DNA from: Ahniellaceae bacterium
Lineage (GTDB): Bacteria; Pseudomonadota; Gammaproteobacteria; Xanthomonadales; Ahniellaceae
Assembly (NCBI GenBank): GCA_044221335.1
Contig: JBGAPI010000013.1
Coordinates: 43,256 to 107,255, forward strand
Direction: 5' to 3'
DNA length: 64,000 nucleotides
The position numbers were made by a program, and so were the translations under genes. Positions 1-9,831 of this stretch are shown here, piece after piece; within the stretch, counting starts at the first letter, position 1, and each line of letters begins with the position of its first letter. Below the pieces are notes generated by a model. That model was given only the letters and a program-made list of their open reading frames with translations. It was not told the origin of the DNA and did no database searches.

Positions 1-319
1 GCATGCCCGCACCGGTCAGCTCCAGGCGACTGCGCGGCTCGCGGCTGCCGACCGCGTCGGGTCCTTCGAAGTCATCGATGCCGAACGCCGACAGCTGGGC
101 CGGATCGTCGAGCTGCAGCTGCCACACCACCTGGCCACCGGCGCCGGGCGTGCAGGACAGCTGCAAAAGCGCGGTGCCCATGCGGTCGCCGGCTTCCCAG
201 GTGCCGCTGCCGACGACGCTGCGCAGGCCGTTGTCGTCGACGCCGGCGTCCCAGGCATGGGCCGACGGAGCGAGGGCGAGGAGGGCGGCAAGACTGGCGG
301 CGAGGGTGCAACGGCGCAT
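1..319 (-). CDS. Secreted protein, N-terminal fragment; continues beyond the left edge of the window
   Basis: ATG is the reverse complement of 317-319. Translation MRRCTLAASLAALLALAPSAHA-WDAGVDD... has a classic Sec signal peptide with AHA-W cleavage site. Frame stays open to position 1. High GC3. Absent from the ORF track because there is no in-window stop. Confidence 0.55.
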   Translation of the reverse strand, partial: MRRCTLAASLAALLALAPSAHAWDAGVDDNGLRSVVGSGTWEAGDRMGTALLQLSCTPGAGGQVVWQLQLDDPAQLSAFGIDDFEGPDAVGSREPRSRLELTGAGM

Positions 320-617
320 GGTGGGGCTCGGGAATTCGTGGGGGCGGAATCCTAGCGGATCGGCTGTTGCAGGCGCGCCGACGTCGGAGCGGGAGAGGCG
401 ACCGTCGCGCGGGCGCGTCGGCCCGGGCAGCAGGGCTGGAGTGCCCCCCATTGCGCCCTTGCAACCTCCGAGACAAAACCGGTCTCTGATGCCCGGTCGC
501 CGCCCACCGTTGCGCCTGACCTTCGACACCCCCTGACCTTTCCCACGGGGAGCGATCGCCGCTCAGCGACTAGGGTGCGCGCGCCGTCGTCCCCGCCGCA
601 TCCACCGGAGCTTCCGC

Positions 618-1496
618 ATGCTGTCGATCGAGAATCTGTCCAAGACCTACGCCAACGGCGTGCGTGCGCTGACGAACGTCAGCCTCACGATCCCGCGCGG
701 CCTGTTCGGCCTGCTCGGCCCGAACGGCGCCGGCAAGTCGACGCTGATGCGCACGATCGCGACCCTGCAGGACGCCGACGGCGGCAGCATCCGCTTCGAC
801 GGCATCGACGTGCTCGCCGACAAGGACGCGCTGCGCCGCACCCTGGGCTACCTGCCGCAGGACTTCGGCGTCTACCCCAAGGTCAGCGCCGAGGAGCTGC
901 TCAACCACCTCGCGATGCTGAAGGGCGTGGTGAACCGCGGCGAGCGCCGCGACACCGTCGAGGCACTGCTGCGCCAGACCAACCTGTGGGAGGTCCGGAA
1001 GCGCAAGCTCGGTACCTACTCGGGCGGCATGCGCCAGCGCTTCGGCATCGCGCAGGCGCTGATCGGCAACCCGAAGCTCGTGATCGTGGACGAGCCGACC
1101 GCCGGCCTCGACCCGGAGGAGCGCAACCGCTTTCACAACCTGCTGGCCGAGATCGGCGAGAACGTCGTGGTCATCCTGTCGACCCACATCGTCGACGACG
1201 TCACGGAGCTTTGTCCGACGATGGCGATGATCTGCGCCGGCCGCGTGCTGCTGTCGGGCAAGCCGGCGGACGCGATCGAGGCGCTGGGATCGAAGGTCTG
1301 GCGCGCGCGGATCCGGCGCGCCGAACTCGCCGAGGCCGGACAGAAGTACGTCGTGCTGCAGTCCAGGATGATCGGCGGCGAGCCGGTGATCCACGTGTAC
1401 AGCGAGACCCGGCCGGAGCCGCGCTTCGAGCCGATCGCCGCGGACCTCGAGGACGTCTACTTCCACCAGTTGCGCCAGCACCGGGCGGCGGCCTGA
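618..1496 (+). CDS. ABC transporter ATP-binding protein
   Basis: Walker A GPNGAGKST, ABC signature LSGGMRQR, Walker B VIVDEPTAGLD, H-loop STHIV. 292 aa. Confidence 0.9.
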   Translation: MLSIENLSKTYANGVRALTNVSLTIPRGLFGLLGPNGAGKSTLMRTIATLQDADGGSIRFDGIDVLADKDALRRTLGYLPQDFGVYPKVSAEELLNHLAMLKGVVNRGERRDTVEALLRQTNLWEVRKRKLGTYSGGMRQRFGIAQALIGNPKLVIVDEPTAGLDPEERNRFHNLLAEIGENVVVILSTHIVDDVTELCPTMAMICAGRVLLSGKPADAIEALGSKVWRARIRRAELAEAGQKYVVLQSRMIGGEPVIHVYSETRPEPRFEPIAADLEDVYFHQLRQHRAAA

Positions 1497-1499
1497 GCC

Positions 1500-4400
1500 A
1501 TGCGCCTGTTCCGGGAATTCTTCCGTTTCGAACTCGGCTTCCAGCTGCGCACGCCGCTGCTGTGGATCGTCACCGTGGCGCTGTCGGCGCTGGCGATGAC
1601 GGCGATCGCCACCGACCTCGTCACCGTCGGCAGCGCGATCGGCAACGTGCATCGCAACGCGCCGTCGGTCATCCTGAACTTCCTCGGCACCTTCTCGGCG
1701 CTGGGCATGTTCGTCGTGGTCAGCTTCGTCGCCAGCGGCCTGCTGCGCGACCACGAGCTCGGTACCGCGGAGCTGTTCTTCGCGACACCGATGAACAAGC
1801 GCGACTACCTGTTCGGCCGGATGGCGGGCGGCCTCGCCGCCTGCCTGGTGATCTTCCTCGGCATCGCGATCGGCATGTCCTTCGGCCAGACCCTGCCGGG
1901 CGTCGAGGCCGAGCGCCTCGGTCCCTATCCGCTGGCGGCCTACGGCTGGGGCTTCGCGTTCATCGTGATCCCCAATCTCCTGTTCATGACCGCGTTGATG
2001 GGCCTGCTCGCCGCGACCACCCGCAGCCTGCTGGTCACCTATCTCGGCGTGATCGGATTCTTCGTGTTGTGGTCGGTCAGCGGCGCGATCACCCGCGACC
2101 TCGACAACGTCTGGGTCGCGACGCTGATCGAGCCCTTCGGGCTGCGCGCGCTGTCCCGGACCATGCGCTACTGGTCGGCCGAGGAGCGCAACACCGGGCT
2201 GCCGGCGCTGTCGGGCTACCTGCTCGCCAACCGCGGACTCTGGCTCGCGATCTCGATCGCCCTGCTGGCCGCGACCTACGCGCGCTTCCAGCCGATGCGC
2301 GCCGACAGCGGCAGCGCGGCCAAGGGCAAGACCGCCGCACCGACCGCGCCTGCCGCGGTCGCCGCCGTGGCGACGACGACGCCGGCCGCGGTGCCCGCGG
2401 TGAACGCCCGTTCCGACCGCGGCGCCCGGCTCGCGCAGCTCGCGCACCTCGCCCGCAGCGAGACGATGGCCGTCCTCGCCGGCATCCCGTTCCGGGTGAT
2501 GCTCGCGTTCGGCGTGATGAACCTCGTCGGCAGCGCCTCGTTCTCCGACGTGCTGTTCGGCACCAAGGTGTTTCCGGTCACCCACCTGATGCTGGACACG
2601 CTGTCCGGCACCTACAACTTCCTGCTCTGGATCATCCTCACCTTCTACGCGGGCGAACTCGTGTTCCGCGAACGCGCGGCGAAGCTGGGCGAGGTGATCG
2701 ACGCGACGCCGATCCCGAACTGGCTGCCGCTGGCGGCGAAGTACATCGCGCTCACCGCCGTGATCGGCTGCTTCCTCGCGGTCGGCGCGGTCACCTGCAT
2801 GCTGTTCCAGCTGGCGAAGGGCTATACCTTCCTGGAACCGGCCGTCTACCTGGAGTCGCTCGCGCTCGATGCCTGGGTGTTCGCGCTGTACGCCGCGCTG
2901 GCGCTCGCCATCCAGGTGTTCTGCAACAACAAGTTCCTCGGCTACGCGGTGGTGATCGGCGTGCTGATCGTGCAGGCCGTGCTGCCGGTGCTGCACCTCG
3001 AGCACAACCTGCTGTTCTACGCGAGCTCGCCGCCGGCGCCGTACTCGGACATGAACGGCTTCGGCCACTTCCTTGCCGGCAAGCTGTGGTTCGACCTGCA
3101 CTGGACGCTGCTGGCCGCGATCCTGCTGGTCCTGGCGGCGCTGTTCTGGGTGCGCGGCAGCGACCCGTCGCGGCAGGACCGCAGCCGCGAGGCGCGCCGT
3201 CGCCTCACCGGCCTGCCGCGCCTCGCGCTCGCGGTCGCGGGGCTGGCCTTCGTCGCCAGCGCCGGCTGGATCTACTACAACACCTGCGTCCGGAACGACT
3301 TCGCCTCCAGCAGTCGGCGGCTCGACGACCAGGCCGACTACGAGAGGTCCTACGCCCGCTACGCCGGACTGGCGCAGCCCAGGATCACCGCGGTCAGCGC
3401 CGACGTCGACCTGCATCCCCATGAACGCCGCGCCGAGATCCGCGCGCGCTGGCACCTGGTGAACAAGTCGGGGCAGTCGATCGGCGCGTTCCACCTGACG
3501 CTGCCGGCCGAGGTCAAGGTCGATCGTCTCGACTTCGCGCCGCACCAGGACACCCTGATCGACGAGCGCCTGCAGTACCGCATCTACACGCTGGACACGC
3601 CGATGGCGCCGGGCGCGGAAATGGACATGGCGCTCGACCTGCACATCGCCAACGTCGGCTTCGGCAACGACTTGGGCTCGACGGCGCTGGTCGACAACGG
3701 CAGCTTCTTCAACAGCGGGCAGTCCTTCCCGGCGTTCGGCTACCAGCCGCGCTTCGAGATCGACGATCGCAACGAGCGCCGCAAGCGCGGCCTCGGCGAG
3801 CCGCGCCGGATGCCGAAGCTCGAGGACGTGGCGGCGCGCGCGAACCACTACATCGCCCGCGACGCCGACTGGATCGACTTCGAGACCACGGTGTCGACCG
3901 AGCCGGACCAGATCGCGCTGGCACCGGGATATCTGATCCGCGAGTGGAGCGAGAACGGTCGCCGCTACTTCCACTACAAGATGGACCGCCCGATGCTGCC
4001 GTTCTTCGCCTACCTGTCCGCGCACTGGGAAGTGAAGCGCGATCGCTGGCACGACCTCCCGATCGAGATCTACTACGACGCCAAGCATCCCTACAACGTC
4101 GACCGGATGATCGAAGGCGTGAAGGATTCGCTCGACTACACCGCGGCGAACTTCACCCCCTACCAGCACAGGCAGGTGCGGATCGTCGAATTCCCGCGCT
4201 ACGAGCGCTTCGCGCAGAGCTTCGCCAACACCATCCCGTTCTCCGAGTCGATCGGCTTCATCGCCGACCTGCGCGATCCGGAGCAGGTGGACTACGTCTA
4301 CTACGTGACCGCCCACGAGGTCGCCCACCAGTGGTGGGCGCACCAGGTGATCGGCGCGAACCTGCAGGGCGCCACCGTGATGAGCGAATCGCTGGCGCAG

Positions 4401-5108
4401 TACACCGCGCAGCAGGTGATGGCCCACCACTACGGCCCCGGGCAGATGCGCAAGTTCCTGAAGTACGAGCTCGACAACTACCTGTCCAGCCGCGGCGCCG
4501 AGCGGGTCGAGGAGCTGCCGCTGCTCCGGGTCGAGAACCAGCCCTACATCCACTACCGCAAAGGCTCGCTGGTGTTCTACCGCCTGGCGGACGAGATCGG
4601 CGAGGACCGGCTCAACCGCGCCCTGAAGCGCTACCTCGAGGACAAGGGCTTCCAGCAGCCGCCCTACACGACCTCGCAGGAGCTCGTCGACTACATCCGC
4701 GCCGAGGCGCCGGCGGACAAGCAGGCCCTGATCACCGACCTGTTCGAGAAGATCGCGTTCTACGACAACCGGGTCACCGCGGCGACGGCGAAGAAGCGCC
4801 CGGACGGAAAGTACGACGTCGAGATGAGCCTGCACGTCGACAAGGTCTACGCGGACGGCCGCGGCGTGGAGTCCGCCGGGACGGTCGACGACGACATCGA
4901 GATCGGCGCCTTCGCCCGCGCGCCTGGCGCCGGCGAGTCGACGGAGAAGGTGCTGTCGCTCGCGCGGCGGCACTTCGACGCCCGCGGCGATTCGACGCTC
5001 ACGCTGACCGTCGACGAGCTGCCCTACGAGGTCGGCATCGATCCGTACAACAAGTTCATCGATCGGGTGTCGACGGACAACCGCAAGCGGGTGACGCTGG
5101 TGCAGTAG
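1500..5108 (+). CDS. ABC-2 type permease fused to M1-family (aminopeptidase N-like) zinc metallopeptidase domain
   Basis: About 12 predicted TM helices in the first ~560 aa. C-terminal half carries the gluzincin motif HEVAHQWW...(18 aa)...SE (HEXXH-X18-E) and a GAMEN-like region. Start codon 4 nt after the ABC ATPase stop, so the two genes form an operon. Confidence 0.8.
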   Translation: MRLFREFFRFELGFQLRTPLLWIVTVALSALAMTAIATDLVTVGSAIGNVHRNAPSVILNFLGTFSALGMFVVVSFVASGLLRDHELGTAELFFATPMNKRDYLFGRMAGGLAACLVIFLGIAIGMSFGQTLPGVEAERLGPYPLAAYGWGFAFIVIPNLLFMTALMGLLAATTRSLLVTYLGVIGFFVLWSVSGAITRDLDNVWVATLIEPFGLRALSRTMRYWSAEERNTGLPALSGYLLANRGLWLAISIALLAATYARFQPMRADSGSAAKGKTAAPTAPAAVAAVATTTPAAVPAVNARSDRGARLAQLAHLARSETMAVLAGIPFRVMLAFGVMNLVGSASFSDVLFGTKVFPVTHLMLDTLSGTYNFLLWIILTFYAGELVFRERAAKLGEVIDATPIPNWLPLAAKYIALTAVIGCFLAVGAVTCMLFQLAKGYTFLEPAVYLESLALDAWVFALYAALALAIQVFCNNKFLGYAVVIGVLIVQAVLPVLHLEHNLLFYASSPPAPYSDMNGFGHFLAGKLWFDLHWTLLAAILLVLAALFWVRGSDPSRQDRSREARRRLTGLPRLALAVAGLAFVASAGWIYYNTCVRNDFASSSRRLDDQADYERSYARYAGLAQPRITAVSADVDLHPHERRAEIRARWHLVNKSGQSIGAFHLTLPAEVKVDRLDFAPHQDTLIDERLQYRIYTLDTPMAPGAEMDMALDLHIANVGFGNDLGSTALVDNGSFFNSGQSFPAFGYQPRFEIDDRNERRKRGLGEPRRMPKLEDVAARANHYIARDADWIDFETTVSTEPDQIALAPGYLIREWSENGRRYFHYKMDRPMLPFFAYLSAHWEVKRDRWHDLPIEIYYDAKHPYNVDRMIEGVKDSLDYTAANFTPYQHRQVRIVEFPRYERFAQSFANTIPFSESIGFIADLRDPEQVDYVYYVTAHEVAHQWWAHQVIGANLQGATVMSESLAQYTAQQVMAHHYGPGQMRKFLKYELDNYLSSRGAERVEELPLLRVENQPYIHYRKGSLVFYRLADEIGEDRLNRALKRYLEDKGFQQPPYTTSQELVDYIRAEAPADKQALITDLFEKIAFYDNRVTAATAKKRPDGKYDVEMSLHVDKVYADGRGVESAGTVDDDIEIGAFARAPGAGESTEKVLSLARRHFDARGDSTLTLTVDELPYEVGIDPYNKFIDRVSTDNRKRVTLVQ

Positions 5109-5211
5109 GCCTCGCGCCGCTCCGACGGGAGGCGAGGTGCCTGCCGGAAGTCACCACTTTCGGCGGAACGCTTGTCGCCACCGCTCTCGCGGCCGACACT
5201 AGTTCGCATCG

Positions 5212-6396
5212 GTGTCGTCGCGGAGCGGTGCGGTGGAACAGGCGGTGCGTCGGACCCATTGGCTTTCGCCGCTGTCGATTGCCGGCTATGTGACCTGGGC
5301 GACGATGACCTGGGCGGTGTGGCGCTCCTCGCCGGTCGCGACCTTCCTCCCTGCCGAGACCGCCCGTGCCGTCGCGCTCGGCGGCTGTGCTCTGTTCCTG
5401 CTGGCCTATCTCGGGCTGATCGTCGTCGGCTTGAGGCCACGCAACTGCGCGCCCTGGCTCGCGACCCAGGGCGTCGCGCTGCTGCTGATCGCGCTCGGCA
5501 CCCGCAATGGCGCGGCCGGCGTGCTGGCGATCATGCTGGCCGCGGAACTCGCCGCGATCTGCACGGTGCGCGAACTGCTGGTGAGCCTCGCGGTGCTCAA
5601 TCTCGGCCTGCTCGCGATCACCGTGCGGATCGTCGGCTGGGAGGACGCGCTGATCGGCTGGGCGTCGTTCGTCGCCTTCCAGGGCTTCTCGGCACTGTCC
5701 TCGCGCTACGCGCACCAGGCCGAGGTGGCGGCCGCGAGGCTCGCCGAGGCCAACGCGGAGCTCCTGGCGACCCGCGCACTGCTGGTCGAGAGCGCGCGCG
5801 ACCAGGAGAGGCTGTCGCTGTCGCGCGAGCTGCACGACGTCGCCGGTCACAAGCTGACGGCGCTGAAGCTGAACCTCGCGGCACTCGCGCGCGACCCGCT
5901 GCTGGCCGGACGCGAGCAGGTCACGCTGTCGGCGCAGCTGGCCGACGAACTGCTCGCCGACATCCGCGGCGTGGTCCGGCAGATGCGCGACCGCGCCGGC
6001 ATGGACCTCGCCGCCGCGATCACACGCCTCGCCTCGCCCTTCCCGCGGCCCGAGGTCCACATCGAGATCGCGGAGGATGCCCGCGTCGACCATGCGCTGA
6101 AGGCCGAGGCGCTGCTGCGCACCGCGCAGGAGGCGCTGACCAATGCCGCGCGCCACGCCGACGCCGACCACGTCTGGCTGGTGCTGCGCCGCCACCAGGA
6201 CCGGATCGAACTCGCCGTGCGCGACGACGGCCGCGGCGCTGCCCGGTCCGGCGGCGCCGGCAAAGCGAGCGGCGCGGGCAGCGGTCTCGCCGGAATGCGC
6301 GAGCGGCTGGAGGCCCTCGGCGGCGGCCTCGACATCGTGCCGACCGGCGCGCGCGGCTTCGCGCTCTCCGCGTGGCTGCCGGCGGGAGCGACATGA
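5212..6396 (+). CDS. Sensor histidine kinase, DesK/NarX-like (HisKA_3 plus HATPase_c)
   Basis: N-terminal TM segments. H-box ELHDVAGHKLTALKL. N, G1 and G2 boxes (TNAARHADADHVWL, RDDGRG, GSGLAGMRERLEALGG). Confidence 0.85.
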   Translation: MSSRSGAVEQAVRRTHWLSPLSIAGYVTWATMTWAVWRSSPVATFLPAETARAVALGGCALFLLAYLGLIVVGLRPRNCAPWLATQGVALLLIALGTRNGAAGVLAIMLAAELAAICTVRELLVSLAVLNLGLLAITVRIVGWEDALIGWASFVAFQGFSALSSRYAHQAEVAAARLAEANAELLATRALLVESARDQERLSLSRELHDVAGHKLTALKLNLAALARDPLLAGREQVTLSAQLADELLADIRGVVRQMRDRAGMDLAAAITRLASPFPRPEVHIEIAEDARVDHALKAEALLRTAQEALTNAARHADADHVWLVLRRHQDRIELAVRDDGRGAARSGGAGKASGAGSGLAGMRERLEALGGGLDIVPTGARGFALSAWLPAGAT

Positions 6397-7058
6397 GCAC
6401 GCCGGTGCGGATCGCCTTGGCCGACGACCAGGCGCTGGTGCGCCGGGGCCTGACCGCGCTGATCGCGAGCCTCGGGGGGATCGAGATCGCGATCGAGGCC
6501 GAGGATGGCAGTGGCCTCGTCGCGGCACTCGCGGCGACGCCGGTCGACGTGGTGGTGAGCGACATCCGGATGCCGGGCATGACCGGCATCGAGGCGCTGC
6601 TGGCGCTGCGCGAACGCGGCGACCGCACGCCCGTGATCCTGCTCACCACCTTCGACGACAGCGACCTGCTGCTCGCCGCGGTCGACGCCGGCGCGCAGGG
6701 ATTCCTGCTGAAGGACGCCTCGCCCGAGGACCTGCGCGACGCGATCCTGCGCGTCGCCGCCGGCGAGACCCTGCTGCAGCCGGTGTCGACCGAGCCGGTG
6801 CGTGCCCGGCTGCGCTACCGCGACCCGAAACAGCCGGCGGCCGCTGCGCCGGGCCAGATCGCGCCGTCGGATCTCACGGAGCGGGAACTCGCGATCCTGC
6901 GACTCATTGCCGGCGGCTATTCGAACAAGGAGATCGCCCGTACCCTGTTCCTGGCCGAGGGCACGGTGAAGAACTACGTCTCCGACCTGCTGCTGAAGCT
7001 CGACTGCCGTGACCGGACGCGGGCGGTACTGAAGGCGATCACACTGCGCCTCATCTAG
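6393..7058 (+). CDS. Response regulator, NarL/FixJ (LuxR-HTH) family
   Basis: ATG overlaps the kinase stop (ATGA). REC domain: DDQALVRRGL...VVVSDIRMPGMTG. C-terminal LuxR helix-turn-helix: LTERELAILRLIAGGYSNKEIARTLFLAEGTVKNYVSDLLLKL. Confidence 0.85.
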   Translation: MSTPVRIALADDQALVRRGLTALIASLGGIEIAIEAEDGSGLVAALAATPVDVVVSDIRMPGMTGIEALLALRERGDRTPVILLTTFDDSDLLLAAVDAGAQGFLLKDASPEDLRDAILRVAAGETLLQPVSTEPVRARLRYRDPKQPAAAAPGQIAPSDLTERELAILRLIAGGYSNKEIARTLFLAEGTVKNYVSDLLLKLDCRDRTRAVLKAITLRLI

Positions 7059-7065
7059 CCCCTGT

Positions 7066-7181
7066 TCCGTCATTGCGAGCGCAGCGAAGCAATCCAGCGC
7101 CTTCGCTCTGGTTCTGGCGTGACGAACAGCGAAGGCACTGGATTGCTTCGTCGGAGCTGCGCTCCTCCTCGCAATGACGGG
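7066..7181. repeat. REP1 palindromic element: about 110 bp with terminal inverted repeats cgtcattgcgagcgcagcgaagcaatccagcgcc / ggcgctggattgcttcgctgcgctcgcaatgacgg
   Basis: Near-identical copies occur at 8 loci in the window. This copy sits directly after the response-regulator stop codon. Confidence 0.85.
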
Positions 7182-7713
7182 CGTTGTCGGTCCGCCCGCG
7201 GCGCTGCGCGATAATGCCCCGGTGGACGCCTTCTTCGACCGCGACTACCCCCGCTACCCGGACCGTGCGACGGCCCGCGAATGGCTCCGACCGTGGAAGC
7301 TCTTCACCTTCGCGGTCGCGATGGCCTTGCTGCTCTACGGCGCCACCCACTACGAGATCGCGGACTGGGACGTCGGCGTGACCTGGTGGATGGGCGTGCT
7401 GACCTACCTGTCGGCACCGTGGGCAGTGCGGATGCTCGGCGGTGCGCTGCGCTACCGCCCGCCCGGCTGGTGGTGGCAGGCGCTGCTGGCGCTGGCCGCG
7501 GCGGTGTTCGTGGTCGACACCGTCTACGTCGCCTACCACCGCTCGGTCGGCAACACGATGTACCGCGAGGAGAATTTCCGCGCGTCGCTGCCGATCTACC
7601 TGATGGCCGGGGTGTTCTGGCTGTACCGCGGCAGCCTTGCCGAACTCCTCCGCGACCTCCGCGCATCGCTCCGCGGCCGCGACGCTTCCGGGCCGCCCGT
7701 CGACGGACCCTGA
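7174..7713 (+). CDS. Hypothetical Trp-rich integral membrane protein
   Basis: 179-aa ORF with strong GC3 bias and 4 predicted TM helices. No recognisable domain. The annotated start overlaps the REP1 arm, so the true start may lie downstream. Confidence 0.5.
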   Translation: MTGVVGPPAALRDNAPVDAFFDRDYPRYPDRATAREWLRPWKLFTFAVAMALLLYGATHYEIADWDVGVTWWMGVLTYLSAPWAVRMLGGALRYRPPGWWWQALLALAAAVFVVDTVYVAYHRSVGNTMYREENFRASLPIYLMAGVFWLYRGSLAELLRDLRASLRGRDASGPPVDGP

Positions 7714-7944
7714 TCCCCCGCCCGAAGGATTTTTCGTCGCGCGTGGCGGACTTGGCGATCGAACGGCGTCTCCTTGTCCTGATCGGGGGGTCGAACGCGC
7801 GCGCGACGGCGCCGACGAGTCCTCCGAAGTGTGGGCGAGTCGACGCTTTCGGGTGTTCGAGCCGCCCAGCATCCGCGTTTATCACATGGCGTTACGGTGC
7901 CGTGCGGCAAGGTCCGTGCGGGTCTTTGCGACAGGGGACAATTC

Positions 7945-9831
7945 ATGCAGACAAGTCGAATCCGATCCGCCGGAGTTGCGGTCGCCGTGGCGCTCGCACT
8001 TTCCGCGGGCAGCGCCCAGGCGCAATCGCACGCGATCGATGCGGGCTTCAGCGACGGCCTGGAGGACGGCCCCGGCAGTCGCGCCGACGCCGCGCGCTTC
8101 CTCGCCCAGGCGACCTTCGGGGCGACCGATGCCGACATTACCGAGGTGATGCAGCTCGGCTACGCCGGCTGGCTCGCCAAGCAGTATGCGGCGCCGGTCA
8201 GCTCGCAGCTCGCCTATTACAACTGGGTCACCGGCCCCCTGGCGGAGAACTACGGCTCGTCGGTGTTCCGGGAGGGCTGGTTCCTCGCCGCCCTCGGCGG
8301 CCCGGATCCGCGGACCCAGGCACCGATTCCACCGAACCACACCGACCAGCTGCGCCAGCGCGTCGCCTTCGCGCTGTCCGAGATCTTCGTGGTCTCCGAC
8401 AAGAACACGCTGCTCGACCAGCACCCCGACAGCTTCGCGCACATCTACGACATCTTCGCCAACAACGCGTTCGGCAACTACCGCACGCTCCTGGACCAGG
8501 TGACGCTGTCGCCGGCGATGGGCGTGTACCTCAACATGATGACCAATCATCGTGCCAATCTCGCCGTGAATCTGCATCCGGACGAGAACTACGCGCGCGA
8601 GATCAACCAGCTGTTCTCCGTCGGGCTCGTCATGCTCAATCCGGACGGCACGGTGCAGACCTCCGGCGGCCAGCCGGTGCCGACCTACAACCAGGCGGTC
8701 ATCACCAACTTCGCCCACGTGTTCACCGGCTGGACCTGGTCCGGCTGCACCACCGCCGCCGTGTTCGATTCCTGCGGCCCGGACAACAGCGCGGTTGCCG
8801 CGCGCACGCCGATGATCCCGATCGCGGCGCAGCACGACAACGGCACCGACGTCACCAACGACATCCTTTCGAAGCAGCTGCTGTCCTACGGCAGTGCGGC
8901 CTCCGGTGGCGTGGTGCCCAACGGCGGCACGCCGGCCCAGGACCTGGCCTTCGCGCTCGACAACATCTTCAACCATCCCAACGTCGGCCCCTTCATCGGC
9001 AAGCAGCTGATCCAGCGCCTGGTCACCTCGAACCCGAGCCCGGCCTACGTCGCGCGCGTCACCGCGGTGTTCAACAACAACGGCAGCGGGGTTCGCGGCG
9101 ACCTCAAGGCCGTCGTGCAGGCGATCCTGCTCGACCCCGAGGCGCGCTATGGCCATCTCGCCAACCCGAGCACCTACGGCAAGCTGCGCGAGCCGCTGCT
9201 GCGCATCACCCACCTGTGGCGGGCGATGAGCGCGCGCCATGCCTGCGGCAGCGACACCGCTTCCGGCAACACCATCCGCCACTACGGCAACATGCCCTAC
9301 CGCTACGCGGGCTATGCCACCGCCTACGCCACCGACGACACCATCTACGAGAGCGGCGTCGGCCAGGCCCCGCTCGATTCCGACACCGTGTTCAATTTTT
9401 TCAAGCCGAGCTTCAAGCCGCCGGGCGAGATGTCCACGGCGGGACTCGTCGGCCCGGAGTTCCAGATCAACACCGACGTGCTGAACATCAATTCGACCAA
9501 CAGCATGATGTACAAGGCCTTCGGCTACGACCTCACTGACACCTGCGACAACAGCGAGTTGGAGCTGGGCGAGGTGAAGATCAACACCACCCAGGACCTC
9601 GGCCTCGCTGGCCTCACCAATGGGCAGGGCGCGGATACCGCCGACCGGCTGATCGATGCCTACAACGTGCGCTTCATGTCGGGTCAGATGTCGGCGTTCA
9701 TGCGCAAGACCCTGCTCGACAACCTCAATGCGGTCAACGTCAACAGCTTCGGCGCTGACTGGAAACGCGAACGCGTAAGTCGCGCGCTGTACCTGATCCT
9801 GACCTCGCCCGAATACATGGTGCAGAAATGA
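7945..9831 (+). CDS. DUF1800 family secreted protein
   Basis: Signal peptide MQTSRIRSAGVAVAVALALSAGSAQA. Sequence architecture typical of DUF1800. Translationally coupled (ATGA) to a DUF1501 gene, which is the canonical DUF1800/DUF1501 pair. Confidence 0.8.
   Translation: MQTSRIRSAGVAVAVALALSAGSAQAQSHAIDAGFSDGLEDGPGSRADAARFLAQATFGATDADITEVMQLGYAGWLAKQYAAPVSSQLAYYNWVTGPLAENYGSSVFREGWFLAALGGPDPRTQAPIPPNHTDQLRQRVAFALSEIFVVSDKNTLLDQHPDSFAHIYDIFANNAFGNYRTLLDQVTLSPAMGVYLNMMTNHRANLAVNLHPDENYAREINQLFSVGLVMLNPDGTVQTSGGQPVPTYNQAVITNFAHVFTGWTWSGCTTAAVFDSCGPDNSAVAARTPMIPIAAQHDNGTDVTNDILSKQLLSYGSAASGGVVPNGGTPAQDLAFALDNIFNHPNVGPFIGKQLIQRLVTSNPSPAYVARVTAVFNNNGSGVRGDLKAVVQAILLDPEARYGHLANPSTYGKLREPLLRITHLWRAMSARHACGSDTASGNTIRHYGNMPYRYAGYATAYATDDTIYESGVGQAPLDSDTVFNFFKPSFKPPGEMSTAGLVGPEFQINTDVLNINSTNSMMYKAFGYDLTDTCDNSELELGEVKINTTQDLGLAGLTNGQGADTADRLIDAYNVRFMSGQMSAFMRKTLLDNLNAVNVNSFGADWKRERVSRALYLILTSPEYMVQK

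Noticed and set aside
3-536. 177-aa plus-strand ORF at the left edge
   Set aside because: Pro/Arg/Ser-rich low-complexity translation, antisense to a better-supported partial secreted-protein gene (1-319, minus).
570-4973. 1467-aa ORF on the minus strand spanning the ABC ATPase and permease/aminopeptidase genes
   Set aside because: Antisense to two well-supported genes. The translation is a low-complexity R/A/G/D-rich string typical of high-GC antisense frames. No domains.
5172-7058. 628-aa plus-strand ORF spanning the kinase and response regulator
   Set aside because: Only its last 221 codons (from ATG 6393) form the LuxR-type response regulator. The upstream part is an out-of-frame read-through of the kinase gene.
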